The notes under the pieces were generated by a model. The model had not been told where the DNA came from. It searched no databases and was given only the letters and a program-made list of their open reading frames with translations. Source: Campylobacterota bacterium (lineage in GTDB: Bacteria > Campylobacterota > Campylobacteria > Campylobacterales > Sulfurovaceae). Taken from it: a stretch of DNA of 22,380 bases. The stretch covers positions 1-22,380 of the forward strand of contig JAYEOM010000024.1 in the NCBI GenBank assembly GCA_034722955.1. Reading direction: 5' to 3'. Both the position numbers and the translations under genes were made by a program. Of the stretch, positions 9,011 to 17,671 are shown one piece after another (positions within the stretch are counted from its first letter, which is position 1; the number at the start of each line of letters is the position of its first letter).

Positions 9011-9913
9011 ATGCTAAAAGATTTTGTAAAGTTGGAAACATTTTTGACAGTAGCACGAGAGCGAAGCTTCTCTAAAGCATCTGCAAAATTGGGAATTTCA
9101 CAGCCGGCAGTAACGCAGCAGATTAAGTTTATAGAGAAATATTTAGGTGCCAAGATTATAGAACGAAAAAAGAATGGTATCAAGTTGACAACCGAGGGAG
9201 ATGAACTCTACAAAGTAGCATCGGGATTGGAAAAATCGATTCATGCTGCCGAAAAGGATATATTGAAGATCATCGATAAAAAGATCACTTTTCACTTAGG
9301 TGCATCTTTTACTATAGGAAACTATGTCGTCCCTGGTCAATGTCTCAATACTATAGGTGAAGCGATCAGCAATGATATCACACTCACTATCAGAGATAGT
9401 GAACAGATTATAGAAGCACTAAGAGACCGCAAGCTTGATGTAGGCTTGATCGAGTCTTATGTCCAAAATAATAATATGATATATCGTGAGTGGCTAGAGG
9501 ACGAGTTGGTGGTATTTAGTAATATGCCTATACAGAAGATTTTGCAAACTGAAGATCTTTATGACTTTAAGTGGATCTGCCGAGAAGAGGGTAGTCATAC
9601 CAAACGCATCATCTCTGATGTCTTTGAAGAGATAGGTGTCTCTTGCAAAAGTTTTGATGTCTTAAGTGAAGTGAGTGATACTACGGCAGTACTTCAGACT
9701 ATCAAGAGAAGTGATAAAAATTCTGAATCCCCTGTTGTTTCGATCATCTCTAAATATGCCATCGCAGATGAAGTACAGAGAGGTGAACTGTTTGAAGCTC
9801 GTCTTAGAGGATATAAGATGACACGCAAATTTTTCATTGTCTACTCTAAAGAGAACAAGCACAATGCTTATGTCGATAATGTAGTTGACTTTATCATGGC
9901 AGGTAACTGTTAA
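9011..9913 (+). CDS. LysR-family transcriptional regulator (CysL/CmpR-like effector domain)
   Basis: HTH SFSKASAKLGISQPAVTQQIKFIE, LTTEG, GASFTIGNY, DVGLIE, REEGSHT; 300 aa. Confidence 0.95.
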   Translation: MLKDFVKLETFLTVARERSFSKASAKLGISQPAVTQQIKFIEKYLGAKIIERKKNGIKLTTEGDELYKVASGLEKSIHAAEKDILKIIDKKITFHLGASFTIGNYVVPGQCLNTIGEAISNDITLTIRDSEQIIEALRDRKLDVGLIESYVQNNNMIYREWLEDELVVFSNMPIQKILQTEDLYDFKWICREEGSHTKRIISDVFEEIGVSCKSFDVLSEVSDTTAVLQTIKRSDKNSESPVVSIISKYAIADEVQRGELFEARLRGYKMTRKFFIVYSKENKHNAYVDNVVDFIMAGNC

Positions 9914-9923
9914 GGAGGTGTAT

Positions 9924-10391
9924 CTACTCCTGAAGCTTCTTGGCAAAAAGTTTTTTATTTTCAGGGTTGCTGAGGAGTGCCTCCATGGATTTGTTTGAGT
10001 TGATCTCTGATGCACTATCCTCCTCCTCGATCTCTGAAGGTTCACTGATGTTGATCATGATAGGGTACTCTCCCACAAAGATCTGTTTGATTGCTAAAAG
10101 AGGCAGAGTCACAAGTGAACCAAAACTCTCTTCACCAAAGCCTGCTTCAAAACTGAAATACCCATCTTCAAGCCTAGATGTATCATATGTATACCCTGTA
10201 AGCACAAAGAGAACAGTCTCCCCAAAACTCTCAAAGATCTCTGCTGGAAGTTCAGGCTCAAAATAGAGAGATTTGGTTTCACACGCTAGAGCAAACTCTT
10301 GGTTATTTTCAAATAGGAAGTGTATTGTCTCTTCGAGGTGAGAAGCTATAAGTTTCTGATAGTCAGGCGTTTGAAAGAGTTCTTTTTGCAT
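9924..10391 (-). CDS. Conserved hypothetical protein, possibly SspB-like fold with acidic linker
   Basis: 155-aa ORF downstream of pabC-like gene; LEDGYFSFEAGFG...VTLPLLAIKQIF resembles the SspB core by eye. The CDS is confident, the function tentative. Confidence 0.7.
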   Translation of the reverse strand: MQKELFQTPDYQKLIASHLEETIHFLFENNQEFALACETKSLYFEPELPAEIFESFGETVLFVLTGYTYDTSRLEDGYFSFEAGFGEESFGSLVTLPLLAIKQIFVGEYPIMINISEPSEIEEEDSASEINSNKSMEALLSNPENKKLFAKKLQE

Positions 10392-10413
10392 CAGGTGTCA
10401 CTTTTTATAAATT

Positions 10414-10998
10414 TTATTTTTTAAACCAAATAGGGTTTATAACTTTAAATCCTATCATAGCATTCATTAGAGCAAAGCCATCAAATCGATCAATCTCACC
10501 TATATGGATATCTTTTGGAATTAAAAAACCGTTATCTAGCAGTCTTTGGCGTGTTGTACCCTCCAAAAGAGGTCTGCTTGGTGTGAACCAGACTCCATTA
10601 TCTAGGAAAGCTGTATTGGCTATAGTCGTATCTGTGACAAGTTTATCTTGGATGATCAGTATATCATCACTACCTATAGACTCTCTCATGAGCTGATCCA
10701 GTCCGCTTCTATCTGCAAATTTGTACCTGTAGGTTACATCACTCTCTACAAGAGCTACTCTTTTGATCTCTTTTGGTCTATAGGGGAGATACTCTACACT
10801 TAGGATCTCATCACTATAGAGGAGTCTGCATCGGCAGCTCTCCATCGCTGGTGCTTTTATGATAGTAGCTAAATCAAACTCTCTATAGATCTTGAAAATC
10901 TCTCTTCGTGTTCTATTGAAGCGTTGATTATGATAGTATAGATTGAGTGGTTTGCCATCTTCTATATGGATGGTCTCTAGCAGGATAGGAGAGGTCAT
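10414..10998 (-). CDS. Aminotransferase class IV / aminodeoxychorismate lyase-like protein (PabC-like)
   Basis: LLETI, YHNQRFNRTR, YRYKFADR (PLP lysine), VTDTTIAN, PLLEGTTRQRLL, LMNAM. Start chosen at ATG 10998 (MTSPILLE); the alternative start is 11034. Confidence 0.85.
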   Translation of the reverse strand: MTSPILLETIHIEDGKPLNLYYHNQRFNRTRREIFKIYREFDLATIIKAPAMESCRCRLLYSDEILSVEYLPYRPKEIKRVALVESDVTYRYKFADRSGLDQLMRESIGSDDILIIQDKLVTDTTIANTAFLDNGVWFTPSRPLLEGTTRQRLLDNGFLIPKDIHIGEIDRFDGFALMNAMIGFKVINPIWFKK

Positions 10999-11085
10999 AG
11001 TATCACCAGCTATAAGTTGGAGTTGCCAAGGCATATCATATATAATAACTCAATTAAACTGTCTTGAACCTAATTTTATCTCAAA

Positions 11086-13107
11086 TTAAAAATTCACTTC
11101 AAATCTATTCAGTAAAATTTCACACTCACCTATATCAAAGCTATCTACAGCTGAAGTTATCTGCATCGATATTGTCTTAAAAGATTCTATATTGTATTTA
11201 TTGCCATAGACATCTAACTCATCGGCAAATTTTTGGATCAACTCTATATCTCCGGCTATTTTAGCCTCTTTTAACAACGATACAAGAGCAGGGTGTTTGG
11301 CTAGAGAGATGTTATCTGCATCTGCATCTATATGATCATAATCACTCTCCATCATCTCTATTTTGGATTTTAAATACTTGGACATAGCGTAGATCAACTC
11401 ATAGTTTTTGATCGGTTTATTCATAAAATGATCAAATATAAGATTGTCTTCATTGCTTTTGTCAAATGCAACAGAAGCAGTTATTGCTATGATAGGTATA
11501 TCTCTGAAATCCTTGATCTCTTTTGATGCTTCAAATCCATTTTTAATTGGCATTCTAATATCCATCAATATTAGATCAATTTTATGATTTTTGACTATCT
11601 CAACAGCCTCTTGACCATCTTTGGCTTCCAGTAACTCAAGTGGAGTCTCTTTCAAGTATGCTTTTATTAAATCTCTATTTGCATCAATATCATCCACAAT
11701 TAAAACTGTAGCTTTTTCAAAAATAACTTTTGAGTTTGTCATGTTACTGTTGGGTGCGAGTATATTGCTGATTTTAATATCTCTAAGTGTAACCATAAAT
11801 ATAGAACCAGCATCTCTATCACTTTTGAGTGTAACAGTGCCACCCATCAACTCAACTAGTCTTTTAACTATAGCCAATCCAAGACCTGTACCTCCATATG
11901 CTTTGTTACTCTGCTTTGAGTGTTGCGTAAATGCTTCAAATATATGTTTTTGCTGATCTTCATCTATACCTATGCCACTATCTTCTACTGTCAGGATGAG
12001 ATTTGTAAATCTGTTATGACTAGAAGATGTAGTGATCTCAACATTGACAAATCCCTCTATAGTAAATTTGAGAGCATTACTAACCAGATTAAAAAGAATT
12101 TGCCTTACCCTGACCTCATCTACTATAAGTATATTAGGTACAGATTTATCTACATTTGTACTCAGTTTCAATGCTTTAGCTTTTGCTCTATGAGAAAAAA
12201 CATTATTGACCTCATCTGCTATGACCCTTATATCTGTTGGCACATACTCCATCTTTAGCTTTCCAGCTTCAACTTTGGAGATATCCAATATATCATTTAT
12301 GATAGTCAGTAGTATTCGTGAACTGCTTTGAACTGATCTTATATAGTTTTTATCTGTATCATTTTCAAGATTTTTTTCTAAAAGATCTGTAAAGCCTATG
12401 ATGGAGTTCATAGGAGTCCGGATCTCATGAGACATATTTGCTAAAAATTCCGACTTCATTTGATTTGCGGCATCAGCTTCATCTTTGGCTTGTTTCAGCT
12501 CTACAGTTCTGACTTCAACTATACCCTCAAGGTTCTTATTTATAGACTCTAGCGCCTCCTTGGTTCTATATAGCTCTTTGTGGGTTCTATCCATACCCCT
12601 CATGATCTTATCAAGCACAAGCCACTCCAATACGACAAATGCAGCATGGAGAAAAACTATATCCAGACCACAGCCATAGTTAAAGACCACTATAGGGGTA
12701 CCAAATATGGTTATATTGTACTCTTGGAGATAGTTAAAGATCAAGTGATGGATTATGATAAAAATGGAGGCTAGTGAAAGGATTTTATGATCTCTATAGA
12801 TAACCAAAAAAGAGAGTGCAGCAAAGATATGAAAATGCATCTCTATTCGACCTAAACTCTGCTGCATCATAATGATCGAAAATGTCAATAGAATCAAAGC
12901 GATCAGGTATCTATATGTCTGAGTCCCTCTAAATGATCTATAGGTCAAATATGTAATAGCAAATAGTATCCCGCCGCCAAATATACCAAGCGTATAGGCA
13001 TCAAACAAAAATGCTGTGACAGTAGAGACGATAATCCAGTGATAAAATACCAATTTGAGCATAAATTGATCGGCATCTTCCGATCCTTCAACCTGAAAAC
13101 TATTCAT
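11086..13107 (-). CDS. Hybrid sensor histidine kinase: His-rich multi-TM sensor - HisKA - HATPase - REC - degenerate HPt-like tail
   Basis: N-terminal ~170 aa hydrophobic with [21 protein letters not shown]-box [12 protein letters not shown] (H227), N-box [28 protein letters not shown]...MDIRMP...TA...KP. Confidence 0.96.
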   Translation of the reverse strand: MNSFQVEGSEDADQFMLKLVFYHWIIVSTVTAFLFDAYTLGIFGGGILFAITYLTYRSFRGTQTYRYLIALILLTFSIIMMQQSLGRIEMHFHIFAALSFLVIYRDHKILSLASIFIIIHHLIFNYLQEYNITIFGTPIVVFNYGCGLDIVFLHAAFVVLEWLVLDKIMRGMDRTHKELYRTKEALESINKNLEGIVEVRTVELKQAKDEADAANQMKSEFLANMSHEIRTPMNSIIGFTDLLEKNLENDTDKNYIRSVQSSSRILLTIINDILDISKVEAGKLKMEYVPTDIRVIADEVNNVFSHRAKAKALKLSTNVDKSVPNILIVDEVRVRQILFNLVSNALKFTIEGFVNVEITTSSSHNRFTNLILTVEDSGIGIDEDQQKHIFEAFTQHSKQSNKAYGGTGLGLAIVKRLVELMGGTVTLKSDRDAGSIFMVTLRDIKISNILAPNSNMTNSKVIFEKATVLIVDDIDANRDLIKAYLKETPLELLEAKDGQEAVEIVKNHKIDLILMDIRMPIKNGFEASKEIKDFRDIPIIAITASVAFDKSNEDNLIFDHFMNKPIKNYELIYAMSKYLKSKIEMMESDYDHIDADADNISLAKHPALVSLLKEAKIAGDIELIQKFADELDVYGNKYNIESFKTISMQITSAVDSFDIGECEILLNRFEVNF

Positions 13108-13672
13108 CTATAAGCTCCTCTATATCTAAGCTTATCTGCCTGAAATCATAAGGGTAAGCACTATATATATATCTCAACTCTTTTTTATCCGCAGTTCTCT
13201 TTACTATATATAAATTTGCAGTATGGTCATACTCTAATTTATCCATCAAAGATTGAGAAAAAAATACATCAAATGCCTTCGTATAGTCTCTTAAGATATC
13301 TTTAGATAGATATATACCTTTAAAGTTAGGATTGAAAAATTCAGCAAATCTTGCAGGCAGTGTCTCATCGTAAGGAACTGATATATCAAAAAACTCAACT
13401 CCAACTCTCTCTTTTGTATCTCTATCCAAAGTATTATAAAATTCATCTATAGAGTATAATCTGGGGGTGCAGATATCACGACATCCTGCGTATCCAAAAA
13501 ATATAAGTTTTATATCTTTCTCATCACTCAAGAGAAGTGGTAGATTTACCTCTCTATTTAGCGTAAACCTTGAGACACCTTTGGTAAAAAAAGTTGGAAT
13601 GATCATTACGAGTATTGATACTGCGACTACCATAAGCAGCAAGAGAAGAGCATGAAGTTTTCTTCGTATCAT
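13100..13672 (-). CDS. SCO1/SenC-family copper-binding protein, membrane anchored
   Basis: N-terminal TM anchor; [13 protein letters not shown] (C64xxxC68) and distal [10 protein letters not shown] (H150) match the SCO Cu ligand set; overlaps the kinase start by 8 nt. Confidence 0.9.
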   Translation of the reverse strand: MIRRKLHALLLLLMVVAVSILVMIIPTFFTKGVSRFTLNREVNLPLLLSDEKDIKLIFFGYAGCRDICTPRLYSIDEFYNTLDRDTKERVGVEFFDISVPYDETLPARFAEFFNPNFKGIYLSKDILRDYTKAFDVFFSQSLMDKLEYDHTANLYIVKRTADKKELRYIYSAYPYDFRQISLDIEELIDE

Positions 13673-13681
13673 TTGATTATG

Positions 13682-15061
13682 TTACCCTTTTATCTCTACA
13701 ATCTCATCAATATTTTCCAAAAGAAGATCAACAAGTCTAGGCTCAAATGATCTGCCTCGCTCGCTTTTCATAAAATCTATAACTCTCTCCAATTCCCAAG
13801 CTTTTTTGTAGAGCCTGTCATGACTCAACGCATCAAATACATCCGAGATAGATGTTATGCGACCAAATATACTTATCTCTTCACCCTTTAGCCCTCTTGG
13901 ATAACCGGTGCCGTCCCACTTTTCATGATGTTCATAAGCTATTATGGCCGCATTTTTTAGAAGCAGATGTTTTGATTTGTTAAATATCTCCCAACCGTAA
14001 ATAGTATGTTTCTTCATCCTTTCATACTCCTCTTCTGTCAGCTCGATAGGCTTGAGCAGTATCTCATCTGATATAGCAACTTTTCCTATATCATGCATGG
14101 GTGAAGCCATCTTTAGAAGTTCTATATCCTCCTCTTTGCAGCCATAAAGACGAGCTAAAAGTTCTGAATAGAGCGAGACTCTCTTGACATGATCGCTAGT
14201 CTCTTTTGATCTCCTTTCACCAAGCTCACCTAGAGTAAAAAGAATCTCTTTTTGCGTATCTATGATATCTTTTCTGAGTTCAATCTCTTTGGTTATATCG
14301 ACTCTAAGACTAATATACTCAATGATTTCACCATTGGAGTTCAATATAGGCATCACAGTAGCATCCACAAAATAGGAGCTTCCATCTTTGGCTCTATTTT
14401 CGATATGACCGTTCCATATCTCTCTGCTCTTTATGGTATCCCACATGTTTTTAAAAGTCACTTTACTGACATTTGGGCTTCTAACTATATTGTGATTTTG
14501 ACCTATCAGCTCATCTTTGGAGTATTGAGAAATTTCACAAAATTTATCATTGACATATGTAATAATACCTTTGGTATCTGTCTTTGAAACCAGTGAACTT
14601 GCATCTACGGCTATCTTATACTGCTCCAATAAAACTTTAGTATCATGCACCTCGGATTTAAGTTTCTCTTTAGTCAAAAAGAGTTCAACATGTGTTTTTA
14701 CACGATGAAGTAACTCCTCCTCATCAAATGGCTTGGTAATATAGTCTTCACCGCCATATTCAAAACCTCTTCTGATGCTACTCTTGTTTGCATTTGCCGA
14801 TAAAAAAATGATGGGTATTTTGTTATATAATTCATCTTCTTTTATGATACTGGCCGTTTGATATCCATCTAAACCAGGCATATTTATATCTAAAAGTATC
14901 AGTGCATACTCTCTTGACTTTAACTGTTCTATCCCTTTTTCACCGCTTCTAGCAAAAAAAATATTGTAGAGATTGGTAGATTTCAAAACATTGGCTGCTA
15001 GTTGTATATTTTTTGCATTGTCATCAATAATTAAAATATTTGATCTACTGTTTATATCCAT
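13682..15061 (-). CDS. Response regulator REC-PAS-HD-GYP cyclic dinucleotide phosphodiesterase
   Basis: REC (IDD, D58 in LLDINMP, KPF); PAS (TDTKGIITYVNDKFCEISQYSKDELIGQNHNIVRS...WNGHIENRAKDG); HD-GYP (ETSDHVKRV, MHDIGK, HHEKWDGTGYP, DVFDAL, RLYK). Confidence 0.96.
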   Translation of the reverse strand: MDINSRSNILIIDDNAKNIQLAANVLKSTNLYNIFFARSGEKGIEQLKSREYALILLDINMPGLDGYQTASIIKEDELYNKIPIIFLSANANKSSIRRGFEYGGEDYITKPFDEEELLHRVKTHVELFLTKEKLKSEVHDTKVLLEQYKIAVDASSLVSKTDTKGIITYVNDKFCEISQYSKDELIGQNHNIVRSPNVSKVTFKNMWDTIKSREIWNGHIENRAKDGSSYFVDATVMPILNSNGEIIEYISLRVDITKEIELRKDIIDTQKEILFTLGELGERRSKETSDHVKRVSLYSELLARLYGCKEEDIELLKMASPMHDIGKVAISDEILLKPIELTEEEYERMKKHTIYGWEIFNKSKHLLLKNAAIIAYEHHEKWDGTGYPRGLKGEEISIFGRITSISDVFDALSHDRLYKKAWELERVIDFMKSERGRSFEPRLVDLLLENIDEIVEIKG

Positions 15062-15074
15062 AATCCCTATAACC

Positions 15075-15098
15075 TTAATATCATAATTATGATATTAA
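15075..15098. promoter_or_regulatory. Perfect 24-bp palindrome TTAATATCATAATTATGATATTAA, candidate operator
   Basis: The sequence equals its own reverse complement and lies 14-37 nt upstream of the HD-GYP start codon. Confidence 0.6.
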
Positions 15099-15288
15099 TG
15101 ATAATATCGAAATTATGATTAAAATGCTTAATATTGAATAGTATGTAGTATAATTTTTGCTCATTATGGGAATAACTCTCTAATTTTATACTCTTATCAT
15201 AGCTTCATTATGTCATCTTTTAGTAGATTTTGGGTAATATCACGCTAAATTCTGAAATATACAATATAATTTAGGTAAAGGCTTCTAG

Positions 15289-15759
15289 TTGGAAGAGATA
15301 CTCAGTTCACTCTCGACATATGGTTATATCATCTTGGCACTCTACTCATTTGGCGGTGGCATGGCAGGCTTGGCTGGTGCAGGCATACTCTCTGCTATGG
15401 GAAATATGGATATTACAACCTCTATCGTGATAGCTACGATTTTTAACTATATTGGAGATAGTGTACTCTTCTATATGGCACAGACCAACAAGCAGTCAGT
15501 TATGGGTCATGTCAAGAATTTTAGAGGTCGTATCTATGGCAGAACTGTTCTGATGATGCGTAAATATGGCTGGATGGTTGTCTTTCTGCAAAAATATATT
15601 TATGGTGTCAAGACACTTGTGCCTATCGTGATGGGATTGAGTAAGTATGATTTTAAAAAATTTCTGTTTCTAAATATCTTTGCCTCTATCGTCTGGGGAT
15701 TGGTCGTAGGGCTTTTGAGCTACTATTTTTCTGCTGTAGTGCAGGGGTGGTTTGCTTAA
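15289..15759 (+). CDS. DedA/VTT-family membrane protein
   Basis: YGYIILALYS, GDSVLFY, KYG...FLQKYIYGVKTLVPIVMG, FLFLNIFASIVW; TTG start. Confidence 0.92.
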   Translation: MEEILSSLSTYGYIILALYSFGGGMAGLAGAGILSAMGNMDITTSIVIATIFNYIGDSVLFYMAQTNKQSVMGHVKNFRGRIYGRTVLMMRKYGWMVVFLQKYIYGVKTLVPIVMGLSKYDFKKFLFLNIFASIVWGLVVGLLSYYFSAVVQGWFA

Positions 15760-16713
15760 GTGCTTAACTCCCTAGAGATACTGAATTTTCAAAATCTAAA
15801 AATAGATAATGTAAAAATCATAGATAAACCTCTAGATCAAGTTGGATTTGAGGATGAAGATGCGCTCACTGTAGTTATCCTGCGAGATCCACATGAGTAT
15901 TTTGACAATCTTCTTTTTGAATACCTCTCCAATAAAAAGAGTATACTCTTTACTCAAGATATCATCAACCATATGAAAGTACTGAAGGGTAAAGAGTTTT
16001 TGCAATGGTTTGATGGATTGTATTTTGTACCTTTCCAAAATCCGCAAACATTTCAACTAGATATCCGAAAAAGAGTACCTGAGGCTATAGAGAACCTTGA
16101 AAGTTTTGATTATGTTGTTCCCTATGAATCTATCGATACCTTTTTTGAAAAAGTCTTACCTGGTACCAAGATCATCAGAAGAGAAGAGAAGAAGTTGATA
16201 TTTTCCATGACTGCTATGAGGGGTGAAAACTTGGCAGAGAAGTTTATAGGTAAAGATATAGAACTCTATCGTAGAGCACAAGAGTTGTGGAGATTGATAG
16301 AGCAAAATAACTTTAAATCTCTAAATTCAAAACTAGAGCGAAAGAGAATTGCCCAGAGAAGAAAAGAGAAGAGGAGAGAGGAGGAGGAGTCTAAGAAGAT
16401 GGAAGAGTATAGAGGCTCTGCAGGTAGAATAGGCTCTACTTTTATAGCTGGATGGGTTTTCCACAAAAGAAGACCTGAAAAACTCATGATTGAGATCTAT
16501 AAAAATGATAACTTTTTATGCTCAGCAAAAGCAGATATCATGCGTAAAGATTTGAAAAAGAGAAATATTCACCCTACCGGAGAGTGTGGTTTTGAAGTTC
16601 GTTTTGAAGAGGAGACTTTTAGAAAAGGGGATAGTGTAGAGGTCAAGATACTACCGGACAATATCATACTTCCTCTAGGAGCTAACTCCAAAGAGTTTCT
16701 TGGCTTACAGTAG
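15760..16713 (+). CDS. Hypothetical protein: sulfotransferase-like N-terminal region, charged linker, C-terminal beta-rich domain
   Basis: 317-aa ORF starting (GTG) immediately after the dedA stop; ILRDP, NPQT, AIENLESFDYV, DIELYRRA motifs; C-terminal IAGWV...ADIMRKDL...GECGFEV. Confidence 0.7.
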   Translation: MLNSLEILNFQNLKIDNVKIIDKPLDQVGFEDEDALTVVILRDPHEYFDNLLFEYLSNKKSILFTQDIINHMKVLKGKEFLQWFDGLYFVPFQNPQTFQLDIRKRVPEAIENLESFDYVVPYESIDTFFEKVLPGTKIIRREEKKLIFSMTAMRGENLAEKFIGKDIELYRRAQELWRLIEQNNFKSLNSKLERKRIAQRRKEKRREEEESKKMEEYRGSAGRIGSTFIAGWVFHKRRPEKLMIEIYKNDNFLCSAKADIMRKDLKKRNIHPTGECGFEVRFEEETFRKGDSVEVKILPDNIILPLGANSKEFLGLQ

Positions 16714-16739
16714 TCTGCTGCTGTGCTAAACTAACATCT

Positions 16740-17612
16740 ATGAACCCTACACTGTCACTCCCTACTCCTATCTGCTCCATTACTTTTGATGGGCAATCTT
16801 TTTATCTAAAAAGAGATGACTTGATCCATTCTGATTTTTCTGGCAATAAAGCACGCAAGTTTCACTACTATTTTTTGAATGATTTTCCAAAAGTCAAAAA
16901 GATCATCTCATATGGCTCTAACCAATCCAATGCCATGTACTCTCTCTCTGTTTTGGCAAAGATGAGAGGTTGGGGGTTTGACTATTTTGTAGATCATATA
17001 CCTGACTATTTGAGAGAAAATCCTCAGGGAAACTATAGAGCAGCCCTGGAGAATGGCATGACAATCTTCAGTAGAGAGAGTCTAGATATGGAGATGATAG
17101 CAGGAGATGAGACTCTACTCTTTGTAGAGGAGGGTGGCAGACAGATAGAGGCAGAGGTGGGTTTGAAACTACTCTCCCGAGAGATAGAGGATTGGCAGAG
17201 AGAGCAGGGCATAGATAGGTTAAATGTATTCCTCCCCTCAGGCACAGGTACAACAGCACTCTTTTTGCAAAAAAACAGTTCAAACGATATATATACGACA
17301 CCTTGTGTAGGAGATACACTCTATCTCAAAAAGCAATTTGTTCAGTTAGAGAGTGATGAGTCACTGCATCCGACTACTCTAAATCTGGATAAAAAATACC
17401 ATTTTGGTAAGCTTTATAGAGATTATTACAAAATTTGGCTAAAATTACGACAACAAACAGGGGTAGAGTTTGATCTGTTGTATGATCCTAAAGGGTGGAT
17501 GACAGTGATGGCATATCCTGAGATTTTCTCAAAACCAACACTATATATTCATCAGGGCGGATTGAGAGGAAATGAGAGTATGCTTCCGAGATATATGCGA
17601 AAGTATCCATAA
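16740..17612 (+). CDS. PLP-dependent ACC deaminase/D-cysteine desulfhydrase-family protein
   Basis: LKRDDL...SGNKARK (PLP lysine), SYGSNQSNAM, PSGTGTT, FDLLYDPKG, YIHQGG. Confidence 0.9.
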   Translation: MNPTLSLPTPICSITFDGQSFYLKRDDLIHSDFSGNKARKFHYYFLNDFPKVKKIISYGSNQSNAMYSLSVLAKMRGWGFDYFVDHIPDYLRENPQGNYRAALENGMTIFSRESLDMEMIAGDETLLFVEEGGRQIEAEVGLKLLSREIEDWQREQGIDRLNVFLPSGTGTTALFLQKNSSNDIYTTPCVGDTLYLKKQFVQLESDESLHPTTLNLDKKYHFGKLYRDYYKIWLKLRQQTGVEFDLLYDPKGWMTVMAYPEIFSKPTLYIHQGGLRGNESMLPRYMRKYP

Positions 17613-17671
17613 GGCTACCCCAATGATAGTGTTATCGGTATTTATGCCAGAAAAATATAAGGATTTGAAAA

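Noticed and set aside
10999..11034. Longer start for the pabC-like gene (MPWQLQLIAGDT extension)
   Set aside because: Family similarity begins at LLETI just after ATG 10998, and the upstream ATG has no SD and lies close to a possible -10 element.
13100..13672. SCO gene as part of a cytochrome c oxidase assembly cluster
   Set aside because: No oxidase subunit, CtaA/B, PCuAC or nos genes are in the window and the gene is wedged between two signalling genes; a role in trans cannot be excluded.
16340..16415. Purine-rich AGA/GAG stretch
   Set aside because: Explained by the K/E/R-rich linker it encodes; no exact tandem unit.
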